From assembly GCA_964491475.1 (NCBI GenBank), contig CAZBFO010000004.1, positions 3,290 to 67,289 on the forward strand: a DNA stretch of 64,000 bases, written 5' to 3'. The notes below the pieces were generated by a model that had not been told where the DNA came from, searched no databases, and worked only from the letters and a program-made list of their open reading frames with translations. The position numbers and the translations under genes are program-made. Source of the stretch: an uncultured Gammaproteobacteria bacterium. GTDB taxonomy: Bacteria > Patescibacteriota > Patescibacteriia > SG8-24. Of this stretch, positions 46,119 to 55,998 are shown piece by piece. Each line of letters begins with the position of its first letter. The first letter of the stretch is position 1.

Positions 46119-46811
46119 TTACCAGTTCTTCGCCCGCAAGCCTTTTTCGGCCGCGTCGATCTGGGCCTCCTGCTTCGAGGTTCCCACGCCTTGCGCCACC
46201 AGCTCGTCGCCGAGGAATACCCCGACGGTGAACTCCTTGGCATGGTCGGGGCCCTTCTCGCTCATCACGCGGTAGGTAGGCGTGATCCCGGCGGTCTCCT
46301 GCGCCCGTTCTTGGAATCGGCTCTTGGGATCCAAATGCAGCTGATGCTCGAGGATGTGCGGAAGCCTCGACAGAATGAAACGGTTCACAAAGGTGCGTAC
46401 CACTTCGAAACCCTGGTCCAGGTACATGGCGCCTATGACCGCCTCGATGGCGTTGGCCAAAATGTACTGTCGAGCCTTGCTCTGCGCGTCCTTCGACTCG
46501 CCGTGCGACAGGAACAGGTTGGCCTCGATGCCGATCTCGGACGAGATTTCGGCCAGCATCTTGGCATTCACCAGCGCGGCGCGCCAGTTTGTCAGCTCCC
46601 CTTCAGGATTCGGATAGTTGCGGTACAGGTGCTCCGTCACCACCAGTTCCAATACCGCGTCGCCCAAAAACTCCAGCCGCTCGTTGTGGCCGTGCGTGAA
46701 CGTCGGATGCTCGTTGATGTACGAGCGGTGAACAAAAGCCTGCGTCAGCAGCCCCTTGTCCGCCCAAACTACTCCGATCCCGTTTTCGAACTTGGAAAAA
46801 TCCTTCTGCAT
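46119..46811 (-). CDS. rnc: ribonuclease III
   Basis: trimmed to MQKDFSKFE…; RNase III signature ERLEFLGDAVLELVV, dsRBD at C-terminus. Confidence 0.9.
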   Translation of the reverse strand: MQKDFSKFENGIGVVWADKGLLTQAFVHRSYINEHPTFTHGHNERLEFLGDAVLELVVTEHLYRNYPNPEGELTNWRAALVNAKMLAEISSEIGIEANLFLSHGESKDAQSKARQYILANAIEAVIGAMYLDQGFEVVRTFVNRFILSRLPHILEHQLHLDPKSRFQERAQETAGITPTYRVMSEKGPDHAKEFTVGVFLGDELVAQGVGTSKQEAQIDAAEKGLRAKNW

Positions 46812-46974
46812 ACTCGAAGCGTGAAGTCGCCGGCCCGCAGGCCGGTCGACGGCACGGCATCGCCAATCGTCCGTCATCTTTCACTCCCCCGTTTCCCGAG
46901 CGGAAGAAAGATAAGAGACCATTGATGATCCGTATTTTTAATAAGTAAGTGAACGACGCCTACGCCGGCTCTAA

Positions 46975-47115
46975 AGAACGGCCCACCCACCCGAATGCAC
47001 GCTGCGCCCCCGTAGCTTGTACGCGGGGGTGGCAGGGGGTGGGGACCCCGCGAGCGCGCAGTGTCGCCCGCAGGCGACCGAGCACTCGCGGGGTGACCCC
47101 CTGACAGGCCCAGCG
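46975..47115. other. GC-rich structured intergenic element (nested perfect hairpins plus G-tracts) between nusB and rnc
   Basis: gcgcccccg…cgcggggg hairpin; 9-bp perfect IR ccccgcgag…ctcgcgggg enclosing 6-bp IR gtcgcc-cgcag-ggcgac; runs gggggtggcagggggtgggg; no ORF. Confidence 0.4.
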
Positions 47116-47152
47116 CACCCCCTAAGAACGTCAGCGCACCCCGGGAACGCGC

Positions 47153-47668
47153 CTACTCTTCCGACTTCTCCGTAGGCGCCTCCATCGCCTCCGACCCTTC
47201 CTTCGCCTCCTTTTTCTTCTTTTCGATCTTGTCGACCTCCTTGATTTCGCCCTTCACGACCATGTCCTTGTAAATCGCGCCGAGCACGCCGTTCACGAAG
47301 CGCCCCGAAGACTCGCCGCCGAAGGTCTTGGCGAGCTCGATGGCCTCGTTGATGGCCACCTTGGAAGGTATCGTCTCGCTGAACTTCAGCTCCTGCACGC
47401 CGATGCGCAGGATGTTGCGGTCGACGTTGGTGATCTGCTCGATCGGCCAGTCGGGAGCGTACTTGGTGATGATGGTGTCGATCTTCTTGACGTTCTCGAT
47501 GACGCTCTTCACGAGCTCCTCGACGAAACCCTTATCGTCGAAATCGGGAGCGAACTCCTTGAGGTTCGCCTCGATGACGTCGTCGAGCGACTTGGCCTCT
47601 TTGCCGTTGAAGTCCCACTGGTAGAGGGACTGCATGGCGATGGTACGGGCGAGATGGCGGTTAGACAT
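47153..47668 (-). CDS. nusB: transcription antitermination factor NusB with Lys/Glu-rich C-terminal tail
   Basis: [20 protein letters not shown]…; conserved NusB helices; last ~35 aa [29 protein letters not shown]. Confidence 0.85.
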   Translation of the reverse strand: MSNRHLARTIAMQSLYQWDFNGKEAKSLDDVIEANLKEFAPDFDDKGFVEELVKSVIENVKKIDTIITKYAPDWPIEQITNVDRNILRIGVQELKFSETIPSKVAINEAIELAKTFGGESSGRFVNGVLGAIYKDMVVKGEIKEVDKIEKKKKEAKEGSEAMEAPTEKSEE

Positions 47669-47768
47669 ACGAGTGGACGTTAGGAGCGAATGAGCATTGG
47701 TGCGTTAAACATAGCATTTTCCGTCCTGGCACGAAAAGACGCGCGGCGTTGCCACACGTCTCCGGCTA

Positions 47769-48014
47769 TCAGTCGTGCTTGTGACCCTTGTGGTCGTCGT
47801 GATCGTGCTTGGCGACGGCCTTCTTCTTCGACAAGGGGCTCTTGAGCTCCAGGACCTTGCGTCCGGCATAGGTGCCGCAGGACGGGCAGGTGACATGGGG
47901 CAGCATCTGCTCCTTGCACTTGGGGCAGGCGACGAGCACCAGCTTTTTGAGCGCAAAATGCGCGGCGCGGCGGCGCTTGTGCGAGCTAGTTCGGCGATGT
48001 CCAGGGAGACCCAT
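47769..48014 (-). CDS. rpmF: 50S ribosomal protein L32 with His/Asp-rich C-terminal extension
   Basis: RRTSSHKRRRAAHFAL… and CPKC…CPSCG zinc ribbon; extra tail KHDHDDHKGHKHD. Confidence 0.8.
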   Translation of the reverse strand: MGLPGHRRTSSHKRRRAAHFALKKLVLVACPKCKEQMLPHVTCPSCGTYAGRKVLELKSPLSKKKAVAKHDHDDHKGHKHD

Positions 48015-48044
48015 AGTGGCTGCGGAATAACCTATAAATCGAAA

Positions 48045-48073
48045 GTATCGACACTCTACCCAAATGCCCCGGC
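48045..48073 (-). promoter_or_regulatory. candidate sigma70-like promoter of rpmF
   Basis: minus strand: TTGACG - 17 nt - TAGAGT, ~30 nt upstream of rpmF ATG. Confidence 0.4.
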
Positions 48074-48085
48074 GCCGTCAAGGGC

Positions 48086-48110
48086 GAGGGTACGAAAAAC
48101 CGCCCTTTTA
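48086..48110 (-). terminator. rho-independent terminator after lipid-kinase gene
   Basis: minus-strand hairpin ccgccc-ctaaaa-gggcgg followed by UUUUU. Confidence 0.5.
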
Positions 48111-48122
48111 GGGGCGGCAGAG

Positions 48123-49091
48123 TCATCCGACGACGAATGACAGCGTGGGGCCGGACGTAAGCACGTCACGAGTAGTGGGGGCGTTCATTTCCCCGTCCAA
48201 AGTGCAGATGGTCGGTTCCTGGTACTCGATGACCGCGTTCGGCACGGTGGTGTCGAAGGTGCGGGGCAGAGGCATGCCGGCCCAGGCGGCGCCCATGCTG
48301 GCCATGTACCCCCAGAACGACATGTTCGACGAACGGAGCATGAAGTGTCCTGGCGCGCTCATGGCGTCGGGAAGCGCCCGGCAGCCGAGACCGACTTCGT
48401 CGACTGCACCGCACATGATGGTGGTGTGCGTCATGTACGGTCCGACGGGCGGATCGTGCCCGTCCGGCAGCGTGATCTTGGCGTGCACCGGCTTGGTGAG
48501 CAGCTGCTTGGACTTGCGGAAGGTCAGCAGCGACCAGAGCTCGTTGCGGAGCGCCTGCAGGATGACCCGCAACGCCCCGCGCGGTCCGCGCACTTCCTTG
48601 TCTTCGTAGTAGCTCTTCAGCAGGTTGACCGGCAGTCCGGAAGCGTACAGGAATCCGAACTCGTCGTTGACGCGAATCGGGTTCAGGTGCGCGACGTTAA
48701 GCGGTCGGCCCGACTGAATCTGCGTGCGCATCCGTTGCGCCATCTTCACGGCGGAATAGCGAGTCAGGCCGAGCACGTTGCCGACGACGTTCATGGTCCC
48801 CGTGGGGATGATCAGGAACTGCGGCAGCGGCTGGTTCGGACTCGCTTCATGCGCGAGCAGGATGCGCGTGATGGTCTGCTTGACCGTCCCGTCGCCGCCG
48901 GCGATGACCACGATGTCCGGCCGGTCGCGATTCAGCTCGATCGCCGCCTCGTCGAGCTCGGCAAGGTCGGCAGTGTTGTAATGGTACGTGGGCGTGGCGA
49001 GAATCTTGCCGATGACGAGCCCCAAGCCCGCGCGCGAGGTGTTCTTCCCCGCGTTGGCATTGGAGACCACGGCAACCTTCGTTTTGGCCAT
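48123..49091 (-). CDS. diacylglycerol/lipid kinase catalytic-domain protein (YegS/BmrU-like)
   Basis: trimmed to MAKTKVAVVSNANAGK…; DAGK_cat motifs …VVIAGGDGTV…, …IIPTGTMNVV…. Confidence 0.75.
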   Translation of the reverse strand: MAKTKVAVVSNANAGKNTSRAGLGLVIGKILATPTYHYNTADLAELDEAAIELNRDRPDIVVIAGGDGTVKQTITRILLAHEASPNQPLPQFLIIPTGTMNVVGNVLGLTRYSAVKMAQRMRTQIQSGRPLNVAHLNPIRVNDEFGFLYASGLPVNLLKSYYEDKEVRGPRGALRVILQALRNELWSLLTFRKSKQLLTKPVHAKITLPDGHDPPVGPYMTHTTIMCGAVDEVGLGCRALPDAMSAPGHFMLRSSNMSFWGYMASMGAAWAGMPLPRTFDTTVPNAVIEYQEPTICTLDGEMNAPTTRDVLTSGPTLSFVVG

Positions 49092-49188
49092 TTTTTCCTC
49101 TGTGTCGTCCGCCTGGCATGTGTGAACGACTTGGCATATATAGCAGGAAAGGGCCGTCACGACAAGGGTCTGGGCGCCATCTGCCGGA

Positions 49189-49217
49189 TTGACATATCCT
49201 GATCCAACGTCTATGGT
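49189..49217 (+). promoter_or_regulatory. sigma70-like promoter of small two-gene operon
   Basis: TTGACA - 17 nt - TATGGT; AGGAG SD 7 nt before ATG 49272. Confidence 0.5.
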
Positions 49218-49271
49218 CAGCGGTCGTCAGAACGTCTGCGGTAACTCGCAGCGCGACGACAGGAGAAAACA

Positions 49272-49529
49272 ATGGACAAGCCCGAGAACCTCGAAAATGC
49301 CCCTGGCACCAAACCGGAATACAGGACGGTGCAATTCAAATTGCTGCTCGACACTTACGTAAAGGTCGGAGAGCTCGCGGAGATGCTCAAGTCCGCCAAC
49401 CGCGCTGACGCCGTCGCCAGGGCCATCGACATCGCCGTGATCGTTGTCAGGTGCATCAAGGCGGGAGGCGACGTCATCCTCGTGCACGACAACGAACGCC
49501 GCGACCGGCTGATCGTGGAAGGACTGTAG
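49272..49529 (+). CDS. hypothetical small protein (85 aa)
   Basis: good promoter and SD; no recognisable motif. Confidence 0.5.
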   Translation: MDKPENLENAPGTKPEYRTVQFKLLLDTYVKVGELAEMLKSANRADAVARAIDIAVIVVRCIKAGGDVILVHDNERRDRLIVEGL

Positions 49530-49534
49530 GAGCC

Positions 49535-49873
49535 ATGTCGAGCAAAAAGGAAAGACGCGCCGCCAAAAAAGTGGCCGAGCGCATCGGATACCGCTGGATG
49601 ATGCGATGCCTCCGTGCGGCCGAAAAGGCGATGGAGAAAGGCCAGGCCAGCGTCGAGGTCATCGTCCACCGCGTCGGCAAATACCGTTACGGCAAGCGGT
49701 ACAAGGCCTTTGTGGCAGCCTGCAAGCCGGCCGCAAAGCACGCGATCGCGATGATGCGCAACGGCAGCTTCCGAGCCGGATTCACCTTTCGCAAGGCGGG
49801 AACGAAAGGCGACACCAAGCTCGAGCGTGCCTATCCCCTGTCCCACAAAGTAATCATCGTCATGCACCTGTAG
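49535..49873 (+). CDS. hypothetical small basic protein (113 aa, Lys/Arg-rich)
   Basis: ATG 5 nt after upstream stop with AGGAG SD; MSSKKERRAAKKVAERIGYRW…; pI clearly basic. Confidence 0.5.
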   Translation: MSSKKERRAAKKVAERIGYRWMMRCLRAAEKAMEKGQASVEVIVHRVGKYRYGKRYKAFVAACKPAAKHAIAMMRNGSFRAGFTFRKAGTKGDTKLERAYPLSHKVIIVMHL

Positions 49874-49933
49874 CGTGACGCGCGCTTCTGCCGCCCCATC
49901 AGGCGGTTTTTCTTTAAGAAGGAAAAACGCGCC

Positions 49934-50575
49934 TCAAGAAGAGACGCGCGAAGGGCGAAAGAAGATTTTCCAGATGACGAACGCGAGCGCGATGCCCGCG
50001 ATGACGTCGACCGCGTAGTGCTGGCGGACGAACACCGTCGAGACGGCGACGAGCCCCGCCCAGACAAGCACGGCAGCCCGCATCGGCCTGACGCAATGTC
50101 CGACGGCGAGCGCGGTCAGGAACGAAAGCGAAACGTGCAGGCTGGGAAAACAGTTGCCGTTCACGTCGAGTCGGTACTGCAGCGTCAGGAGCCGATCGAG
50201 GAGGTCCGTGTCCGACAGCGCCACGCGCGGCGGCGGAAGCGAGACCAGCAGGAACAGAGGTGCGCTCACCAGCACGGCCGCCGTGAACGCGCCGCAGAAA
50301 CGCAGGAAGGTACGCCGGTCGCAGGGCACGAACAGCAGCCCCGCAGGCAGCAGATAGGCAGACGTATACGGCACCACGAAAGCGCTGACGTACGGCGTCC
50401 GCCACACCGGATCCCACGGCAAGGCCGAGGCCGGAGCGTGCGGCAGCATGTTCACGCCAAAGTACACCAGCCCCCAAAGCGCCCAAAGACCGAGAAAAAG
50501 GACGAGTCTCTCCGCGAAGGTCGCTTGCGCGGACGGATTGCGCATCGATGCACCTCCGGACCAACGGTATGGCAA
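49934..50575 (-). CDS. PAP2-family (type 2 phosphatidic acid/undecaprenyl-PP) phosphatase
   Basis: PAP2 motifs KxxxxxxRP-like, PSLH (PSGH), SRxxxxxHxxxD (RQHYAVDVIAG); multiple TM helices. Confidence 0.75.
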   Translation of the reverse strand: MPYRWSGGASMRNPSAQATFAERLVLFLGLWALWGLVYFGVNMLPHAPASALPWDPVWRTPYVSAFVVPYTSAYLLPAGLLFVPCDRRTFLRFCGAFTAAVLVSAPLFLLVSLPPPRVALSDTDLLDRLLTLQYRLDVNGNCFPSLHVSLSFLTALAVGHCVRPMRAAVLVWAGLVAVSTVFVRQHYAVDVIAGIALAFVIWKIFFRPSRVSS

Positions 50576-50612
50576 GCCGAGTCAAAAGAAAAGACCGCCG
50601 CGAAAGCGCCGG

Positions 50613-51155
50613 TCAGTAGTCGATGACGATATGGCTGCCCTGGTTGCGCAGCCATTTGTGAGGATGCCGCAACGGAGCAAGCAGCGTGCGGAGGCTGCGG
50701 CCATGCCCCACGATCATGACCGTCTCGTCGTCATGCTCGATCTTGAGGTCTTCGAGCAGCTCGACCTGGCGGTCGTACACGTCGATGCCGCGCTCGCCGC
50801 CGAAGCGCGTGAAGTCCGCCTGCAGCGCGAGCCTGGCCATGGGAAGGTTGCGAAACCCGCACTTCAGCGCGAATTGCGGGAACGATAACCCGTCGAGCGT
50901 ACCGAAACCGCATTCACGCAGGCGACGGTCGACGGTCACCGTCACACCGACGAGCTCGGCGACGATTTCCGCGGTCTGCATGGAGCGAGCCAGGTCGGAA
51001 CACCAGATGCCGACGAGGCCGTAAGATCGCACGCCTCGCGCGAGTTCCACGGCCTGCTTCCAGCCGGTGTCGTCCAGCGGGATGTCGATGTGACCCTGCA
51101 TCAGGCCGTGCGCGTTGTATGCCGTCCGACAATGCCGCGCGATGACGGTTTTCAT
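50613..51155 (-). CDS. histidine phosphatase family protein (phosphoglycerate mutase-like)
   Basis: trimmed to MKTVIARHC…; RH(C/G)xT.xN N-terminal catalytic His motif and C-terminal …VGHGRSLR…. Confidence 0.7.
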   Translation of the reverse strand: MKTVIARHCRTAYNAHGLMQGHIDIPLDDTGWKQAVELARGVRSYGLVGIWCSDLARSMQTAEIVAELVGVTVTVDRRLRECGFGTLDGLSFPQFALKCGFRNLPMARLALQADFTRFGGERGIDVYDRQVELLEDLKIEHDDETVMIVGHGRSLRTLLAPLRHPHKWLRNQGSHIVIDY

Positions 51156-51230
51156 GCGAGGCCTCCGTTGAAAAAAAGAGCCAGCCAAGCATAACAGCGG
51201 CCACGCCGTCCGTGAAGCAAAACCGCCCCT

Positions 51231-52196
51231 CTATTGGGGCGGTTCTTTCGGGGTCTCGTCGTCTTTTTTTTCCGCTTCAGACTCAACGTCCTTTTCTTCC
51301 AACGCCTCCGTCTTCTCTTCGTCGGGCAGCCTGGCATCCACTTCCTCGTCGGCAACCATCTCTGGTGCCATCGGCACGTGCTCAATTCCCGAAACGGGCT
51401 GGCTCCGCTCGTCGGAGACGATGCTGCCCATGATCAGGAAGTACACGACGGTATAGGCGAACGGGATCGGCAGCGCCATGAAACCGAACAGGATGTTGAT
51501 CAGAATGGGCAACGTCACCGCATGCAGGCCGCAAGCGAACCAAGAGGCGTAGCGCATGTTCACGCGCCACAGCTTGCCGAACAGCCAGGCGAACAGCGAA
51601 TAGACGGCCACGGTCAAGACCGTCGAAGCCAGGAACCCGGCCCAGAACAGCGCCCCAAAAAGCAGGGTGGCAAGCACTAAAATCCAGCCGCCGAAATCGG
51701 ACAGCCATCCCAGAACCATGTATCGGCTCAACGTCAAGTCGGGCAGCGTCCTGAACTCCCGCACTTCCATCGCATCTACCGGATTGCGCACGAACATCGC
51801 GTCACGTCCCAGGAGGATGCCGGCGGTCTTCAGCTTTTCGGGAAACGCGGTGCCCTCGTGAGAGGGATCGACGATGACGTGAAAACTGTCATTACCCAGC
51901 TCATACGGCACCGAAAGCGTGGTCGACAACTGCCCGTGCGAGACGGTGATTGAAGCGGTCTCCGGTAACGTCTTGTAGAGGTAGTCAGACAGGGCCGCCT
52001 TCACCCCCAGCGAAACGGGAACAAAAAGCAGCGTAACGCAGATCGCCAGCGCGAAATGCAGCCGCATCGCATACCACACCGCCTCTTTCACCGGCCGCGT
52101 GCGCACTCCGCGGTAAAACTCCATGTCATAACAGCTCTTCCCCGCCACAGCGAAGAAAGCCCCGATTCCATTGAACATTTTGCGTACGGTATTCAT
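51231..52196 (-). CDS. hypothetical membrane protein with acidic C-terminal tail
   Basis: trimmed to MNTVRKMFNGIG…; ≥5 TM helices; tail …DEEVDARLPDEEKTEALEEKDVESEAEKKDDETPKEPPQ; -10-like TATACT 4 nt upstream of ATG (possible leaderless mRNA). Confidence 0.55.
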   Translation of the reverse strand: MNTVRKMFNGIGAFFAVAGKSCYDMEFYRGVRTRPVKEAVWYAMRLHFALAICVTLLFVPVSLGVKAALSDYLYKTLPETASITVSHGQLSTTLSVPYELGNDSFHVIVDPSHEGTAFPEKLKTAGILLGRDAMFVRNPVDAMEVREFRTLPDLTLSRYMVLGWLSDFGGWILVLATLLFGALFWAGFLASTVLTVAVYSLFAWLFGKLWRVNMRYASWFACGLHAVTLPILINILFGFMALPIPFAYTVVYFLIMGSIVSDERSQPVSGIEHVPMAPEMVADEEVDARLPDEEKTEALEEKDVESEAEKKDDETPKEPPQ

Positions 52197-52267
52197 GTCG
52201 CAAAGTATAGCATAAGCCCCCGCAACGTTCTCGCGGGGGTCCGGCGGGCGCGCGGGGCGCATGTTCA

Positions 52268-52302
52268 GAAAAACCAAAGCCCCGGGAACGTGCCCCGGGG
52301 CT
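52268..52302 (-). terminator. rho-independent terminator after gyrA
   Basis: minus-strand hairpin agccccgggg-cacgtt-ccccggggct followed by UUGGUUUUU. Confidence 0.55.
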
Positions 52303-52315
52303 TCTTGCTGTTCAG

Positions 52316-54808
52316 TTAGACCAGAGTGGCGTTCGCAACTCCGTCCTTGTCCTCCTTGAAGCGCATGATGCGCACGCCCTGCGTGTCGCGCCCGAGCACG
52401 GGCACCTGGGCGATCGGCATGCGGATCATCTGGCCCTTCGAGGAGACGGCGAGCAGGTCGCGTTCCTCCTTGGAATTGACCACCATGCCCATGACGATGG
52501 TGCCGGTCTTGTCGGTCACGTGGGCAGTCTTGATGCCGGAGCCGCCGCGACCCTGGACCTTGTACTGCTCCAGGCCGGTGCGCTTGCCGAAGCCATTCTC
52601 CATGATGATCATCAGCTCGAAGCCGCTCTTCTTTCCGTCGTCCGGTGAAACGACGTCCATGCCCACGACCTTGTCGCGGTTCTTGAGCTTGATGCCGCGC
52701 ACTCCTGCTGCAGCGCGTCCCATGGGGCGCACGTCCTTCTCGGAGAAGCGGATGGACTGGCCCTCGGCGGTGACCACCGAGACTTCTTCCTTGCCGTTGG
52801 TTGGCTTGACCCACTCCAGCAGGTCGTCGCCGTTCAGCTTGATGGCGATCAGGCCGCTGCGGCGCACGTTCTTGAAGTCCTCCAGCGGGGTCTTCTTCAC
52901 GTTGCCCTTGGTGGTGGCCATCATCAGGAACTTGGAGTCCGGCATCTCGTCCGAAGACAGCACTGCCGAGACCTTCTCGCCCGGGGCGAGCTGCAGGAAG
53001 TTCACCATGGCCTGGCCCTTGGAAGTGCGGGAGCCGGCCGGCACGTCGTAGGCCTTCAGCTGGAAGACGCGGCCCTTGGAGGTGAAGAACAGCAGGTCGG
53101 CGTGGGTGTTGGTCGAGAACAGGTGCTCCACGGCGTCCTCTTCCTTGGTCTTCACTCCCGCGACGCCCTTGCCGCCGCGCTCCTGCGTGCGGAAGGTGTC
53201 CGGCGGCAGGCGCTTGATGTAGCCGTCGGCGGTGATGAGCACGATGGTCGGCTCGTTCGGAATCAAATCCTCCGTGGAGAACTGGCCGACGGCGCCGGCG
53301 ACGATCTGGGTGCGGCGGTCCTGGCCGTACTTTTCCTTGAGGCCGGTGACTTCGGTCTTCACGATGCCCAGGATCTTCTTGGGCGACTTGAGAATGGCCT
53401 CGAGCTCGGCGATCAGCGCCTTCACGGCCTTATACTCGTCCTCGATCTTCTTGCGCTCAAGGTTGGCGAGCTGCTGCAGGCGCATGTCCAAGATGGCCTG
53501 GGCCTGGATCTCGGACAGCTTGAACTTCTTGATGAGGTTGAGCTTGGCGTCGTCCTTGTCGGCAGAGGCGCGGATGGTCTTGATGACGGCGTCGAGATTG
53601 TCGAGCGCGATCTTCAGGCCTTCCAAGACGTGGGCGCGGGCCTTGGCCTTGGCGAGGTCGAACTCGGTGCGCTTGCGCACGATCACCTGGCGGTGCGAGA
53701 CGTACTGCTCCAGCGCGCTCTTGAGGTTCAGTACGCGCGGCTGCAAGCCGTCGACCAGCGCCAGCAGGTTCACGTGGTAGGTGTCCTGCAGCTGCGAGTG
53801 GTGGAACAGGGCGTTCAGCACCTTCTTGGGATAAGCATCGCGCTTCAGTTCGATGACGATGCGCACGCCTTCCTTGTTGGACTCGTCGCGCAGGTCGCGG
53901 ATGCCGTCGATCTTCTTGTCGTTGACCAGCTGGGCGATCTTCTCGAGCAGCGCGGCCTTGTTCACCTGGTACGGCACCTCCGTCACCACGATGTTGAACT
54001 GGCCGTTCTTGGTCTCGACGATTTCGGTCTTGGCGCGCATGACGATGCCGCCGCGGCCGGTGGCGTACGCCTGGGCGATGGCCCGCTTGTCGTAAATGAT
54101 GCCTCCGGTCGGGAAGTCCGGACCTTTCACGAACTCGGTGAGGTCGGGAACGGAACAGTCCGGGTTGTCGATGAGGTGGTTGATGGCGTCGACCAGCTCG
54201 TTGAGGTTGTGCGGCGGGATCTTGGTGGCCATGCCGACGGCGATGCCGTCGGAGCCGTTCAAAAGCAGGTTCGGCAGGTTGGCCGGCAGGACGCTCGGCT
54301 CCTTGTGGGTGCCGTCGTAGTTGGGGATCCAGGGCACCGTCTCCTTCTCGATGTCCGCCATCATGTTCTCCGAAATGGACTCGAGCTTGCACTCGGTGTA
54401 ACGCATGGCGGCCGCGCTGTCGCCGTCCATCGAACCGAAGTTACCTTGGCCGAGCACCAGCGGGTAGCGCATGTTGAAGTCCTGCGCCATGCGGACCAAG
54501 GTGTCGTAAATGGCGGCGTCGCCGTGCGGATGGTACTTGCCCATCACTTCGCCGACGACAGTGGCGGACTTGCGGAACTTGGCGGTGTACTTGAGGCCCG
54601 TGTTCCACATCGCGAAAAGCACGCGGCGGTGCACCGGCTTGAGGCCGTCGCGGGCGTCAGGAAGCGCACGCCCGATGATCACGGACATGGCGTAGTCCAA
54701 GTATGATTCCTGCACTTCGTCGCTGATGTTTCGCGCTATGACCTTGTTGGCGGGTTCATCGATAGGGAGGAGCGGCTGGTTCTTGCCGCCGGTGCTTTTG
54801 CTAGGCAT
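52316..54808 (-). CDS. gyrA: DNA gyrase subunit A
   Basis: 830 aa; catalytic region …AAAMRYTE… (active-site Tyr), GyrA-box QRRGGKG-like (QERGGKG), C-terminal beta-pinwheel repeats. Confidence 0.95.
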   Translation of the reverse strand: MPSKSTGGKNQPLLPIDEPANKVIARNISDEVQESYLDYAMSVIIGRALPDARDGLKPVHRRVLFAMWNTGLKYTAKFRKSATVVGEVMGKYHPHGDAAIYDTLVRMAQDFNMRYPLVLGQGNFGSMDGDSAAAMRYTECKLESISENMMADIEKETVPWIPNYDGTHKEPSVLPANLPNLLLNGSDGIAVGMATKIPPHNLNELVDAINHLIDNPDCSVPDLTEFVKGPDFPTGGIIYDKRAIAQAYATGRGGIVMRAKTEIVETKNGQFNIVVTEVPYQVNKAALLEKIAQLVNDKKIDGIRDLRDESNKEGVRIVIELKRDAYPKKVLNALFHHSQLQDTYHVNLLALVDGLQPRVLNLKSALEQYVSHRQVIVRKRTEFDLAKAKARAHVLEGLKIALDNLDAVIKTIRASADKDDAKLNLIKKFKLSEIQAQAILDMRLQQLANLERKKIEDEYKAVKALIAELEAILKSPKKILGIVKTEVTGLKEKYGQDRRTQIVAGAVGQFSTEDLIPNEPTIVLITADGYIKRLPPDTFRTQERGGKGVAGVKTKEEDAVEHLFSTNTHADLLFFTSKGRVFQLKAYDVPAGSRTSKGQAMVNFLQLAPGEKVSAVLSSDEMPDSKFLMMATTKGNVKKTPLEDFKNVRRSGLIAIKLNGDDLLEWVKPTNGKEEVSVVTAEGQSIRFSEKDVRPMGRAAAGVRGIKLKNRDKVVGMDVVSPDDGKKSGFELMIIMENGFGKRTGLEQYKVQGRGGSGIKTAHVTDKTGTIVMGMVVNSKEERDLLAVSSKGQMIRMPIAQVPVLGRDTQGVRIMRFKEDKDGVANATLV

Positions 54809-54826
54809 GTCTTTCCGGGTCAGCGG

Positions 54827-55219
54827 TTAGGGAGTTGCGGGAGCATTCACTTTCGTATCGGGGGAGCCGGTGGACGCGTTGGCATTCAGGCCGCTGTTGA
54901 TCTTGGCGCGGAGCTCTTCGATGTTGATGGCGTTGCTGGCGTTGGTGTTGCCGGCCTCCAGCTGGTTGCGAGCCACGGCATTAAGCCGTTCGCGCTGTCT
55001 CTGCAGCAGCTCGACGAACGACTGCGACGAGTCCTGGCCGTCGGCCTTGCGCTCCGATATCCAACGGGACAGCGAAGCATCGCCGGAAGAATCGGCCTTG
55101 AACTTGGCCAGCTGGTGCGGCAGCACGAAGGCCCACAGCGCCACGATGATTGCCGTCGTGCCCCCCACGGAGGCCCACAGTACCAAACGTTTCTTGTGAT
55201 AGTCGTCGAGCTGCGGCAT
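54827..55219 (-). CDS. membrane-anchored hypothetical protein
   Basis: 130 aa; one TM (LVLWASVGGTTAIIVALWAFVL); immediately upstream of gyrA. Confidence 0.45.
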   Translation of the reverse strand: MPQLDDYHKKRLVLWASVGGTTAIIVALWAFVLPHQLAKFKADSSGDASLSRWISERKADGQDSSQSFVELLQRQRERLNAVARNQLEAGNTNASNAINIEELRAKINSGLNANASTGSPDTKVNAPATP

Positions 55220-55230
55220 AGGCGTACTGA

Positions 55231-55884
55231 TTATTGCGGTTCAAGGGTGATGACCTTGGTCTCTTCCTGCGGAAGGTCCTTCTTGGAAATCTTCAGTTTG
55301 GGCAGCGCCTCGATCTTTCCCGTACCCATGGCCTTGAGGAAGGCATCGACTGTTTCCAGCTTGCCGCCCGCGCCGCCGACGCCGTAGTGCATCGGAATGA
55401 TGATGCGAGGTTCGAGCTGGGCCACGACCTCCGCGGCCTGCTTGCCGTTCAGCACGTCGCCGCCGCCCACCGGCACGAACAGGATGTCTACAGAATGGAA
55501 CTCCTCGAGGTGCTTTTCTTCCAACGCATGCTTCAGGTCGCCCAGGTGCACCACGTGGATGTCGCCGATGGTGACGTAGTACATCGTGTTGGTCCCCTTC
55601 TCCTTGCCCTCGACGCTGTCGTGGTAGGTGGAGATGCCCGTGACGAAGGCGTCCTTCACTTCGAATTCGCCGGGACCGCTGATGATGAACGGATTGCCGC
55701 CGACCGCCTCGACGTTGTTGTGGCGGTCATGTTCGTGGCTGACAATGACCAGGTCACCCGTCAGGTTCCGCGGGAGCTTGAAGCCGTCCTGATTGGTGAA
55801 AGGGTCGATGACCACGGAAACCTCGTGGCCGTTGATCGTCTCGGAGATGCGGAAGCAGGAAAAACCGTGCCAGGTGATAAGCAT
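55231..55884 (-). CDS. MBL-fold metal-dependent hydrolase (UPF0173-like)
   Basis: MLITWHGFSCFRI…, HEHDRHN metal-binding His cluster, later …HLGD…, …PMHYG…. Confidence 0.7.
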   Translation of the reverse strand: MLITWHGFSCFRISETINGHEVSVVIDPFTNQDGFKLPRNLTGDLVIVSHEHDRHNNVEAVGGNPFIISGPGEFEVKDAFVTGISTYHDSVEGKEKGTNTMYYVTIGDIHVVHLGDLKHALEEKHLEEFHSVDILFVPVGGGDVLNGKQAAEVVAQLEPRIIIPMHYGVGGAGGKLETVDAFLKAMGTGKIEALPKLKISKKDLPQEETKVITLEPQ

Positions 55885-55998
55885 AAGGTCGAGAAGTTCA
55901 GTGCGCGTTTCGCTGCCAGCGTAACACGCGCGGCACCAAAAGTGAAGCCGTGCAGGTACGAAAAACCGCTCGCGTCAAGGGCGGGCGGTCTTCGATTT

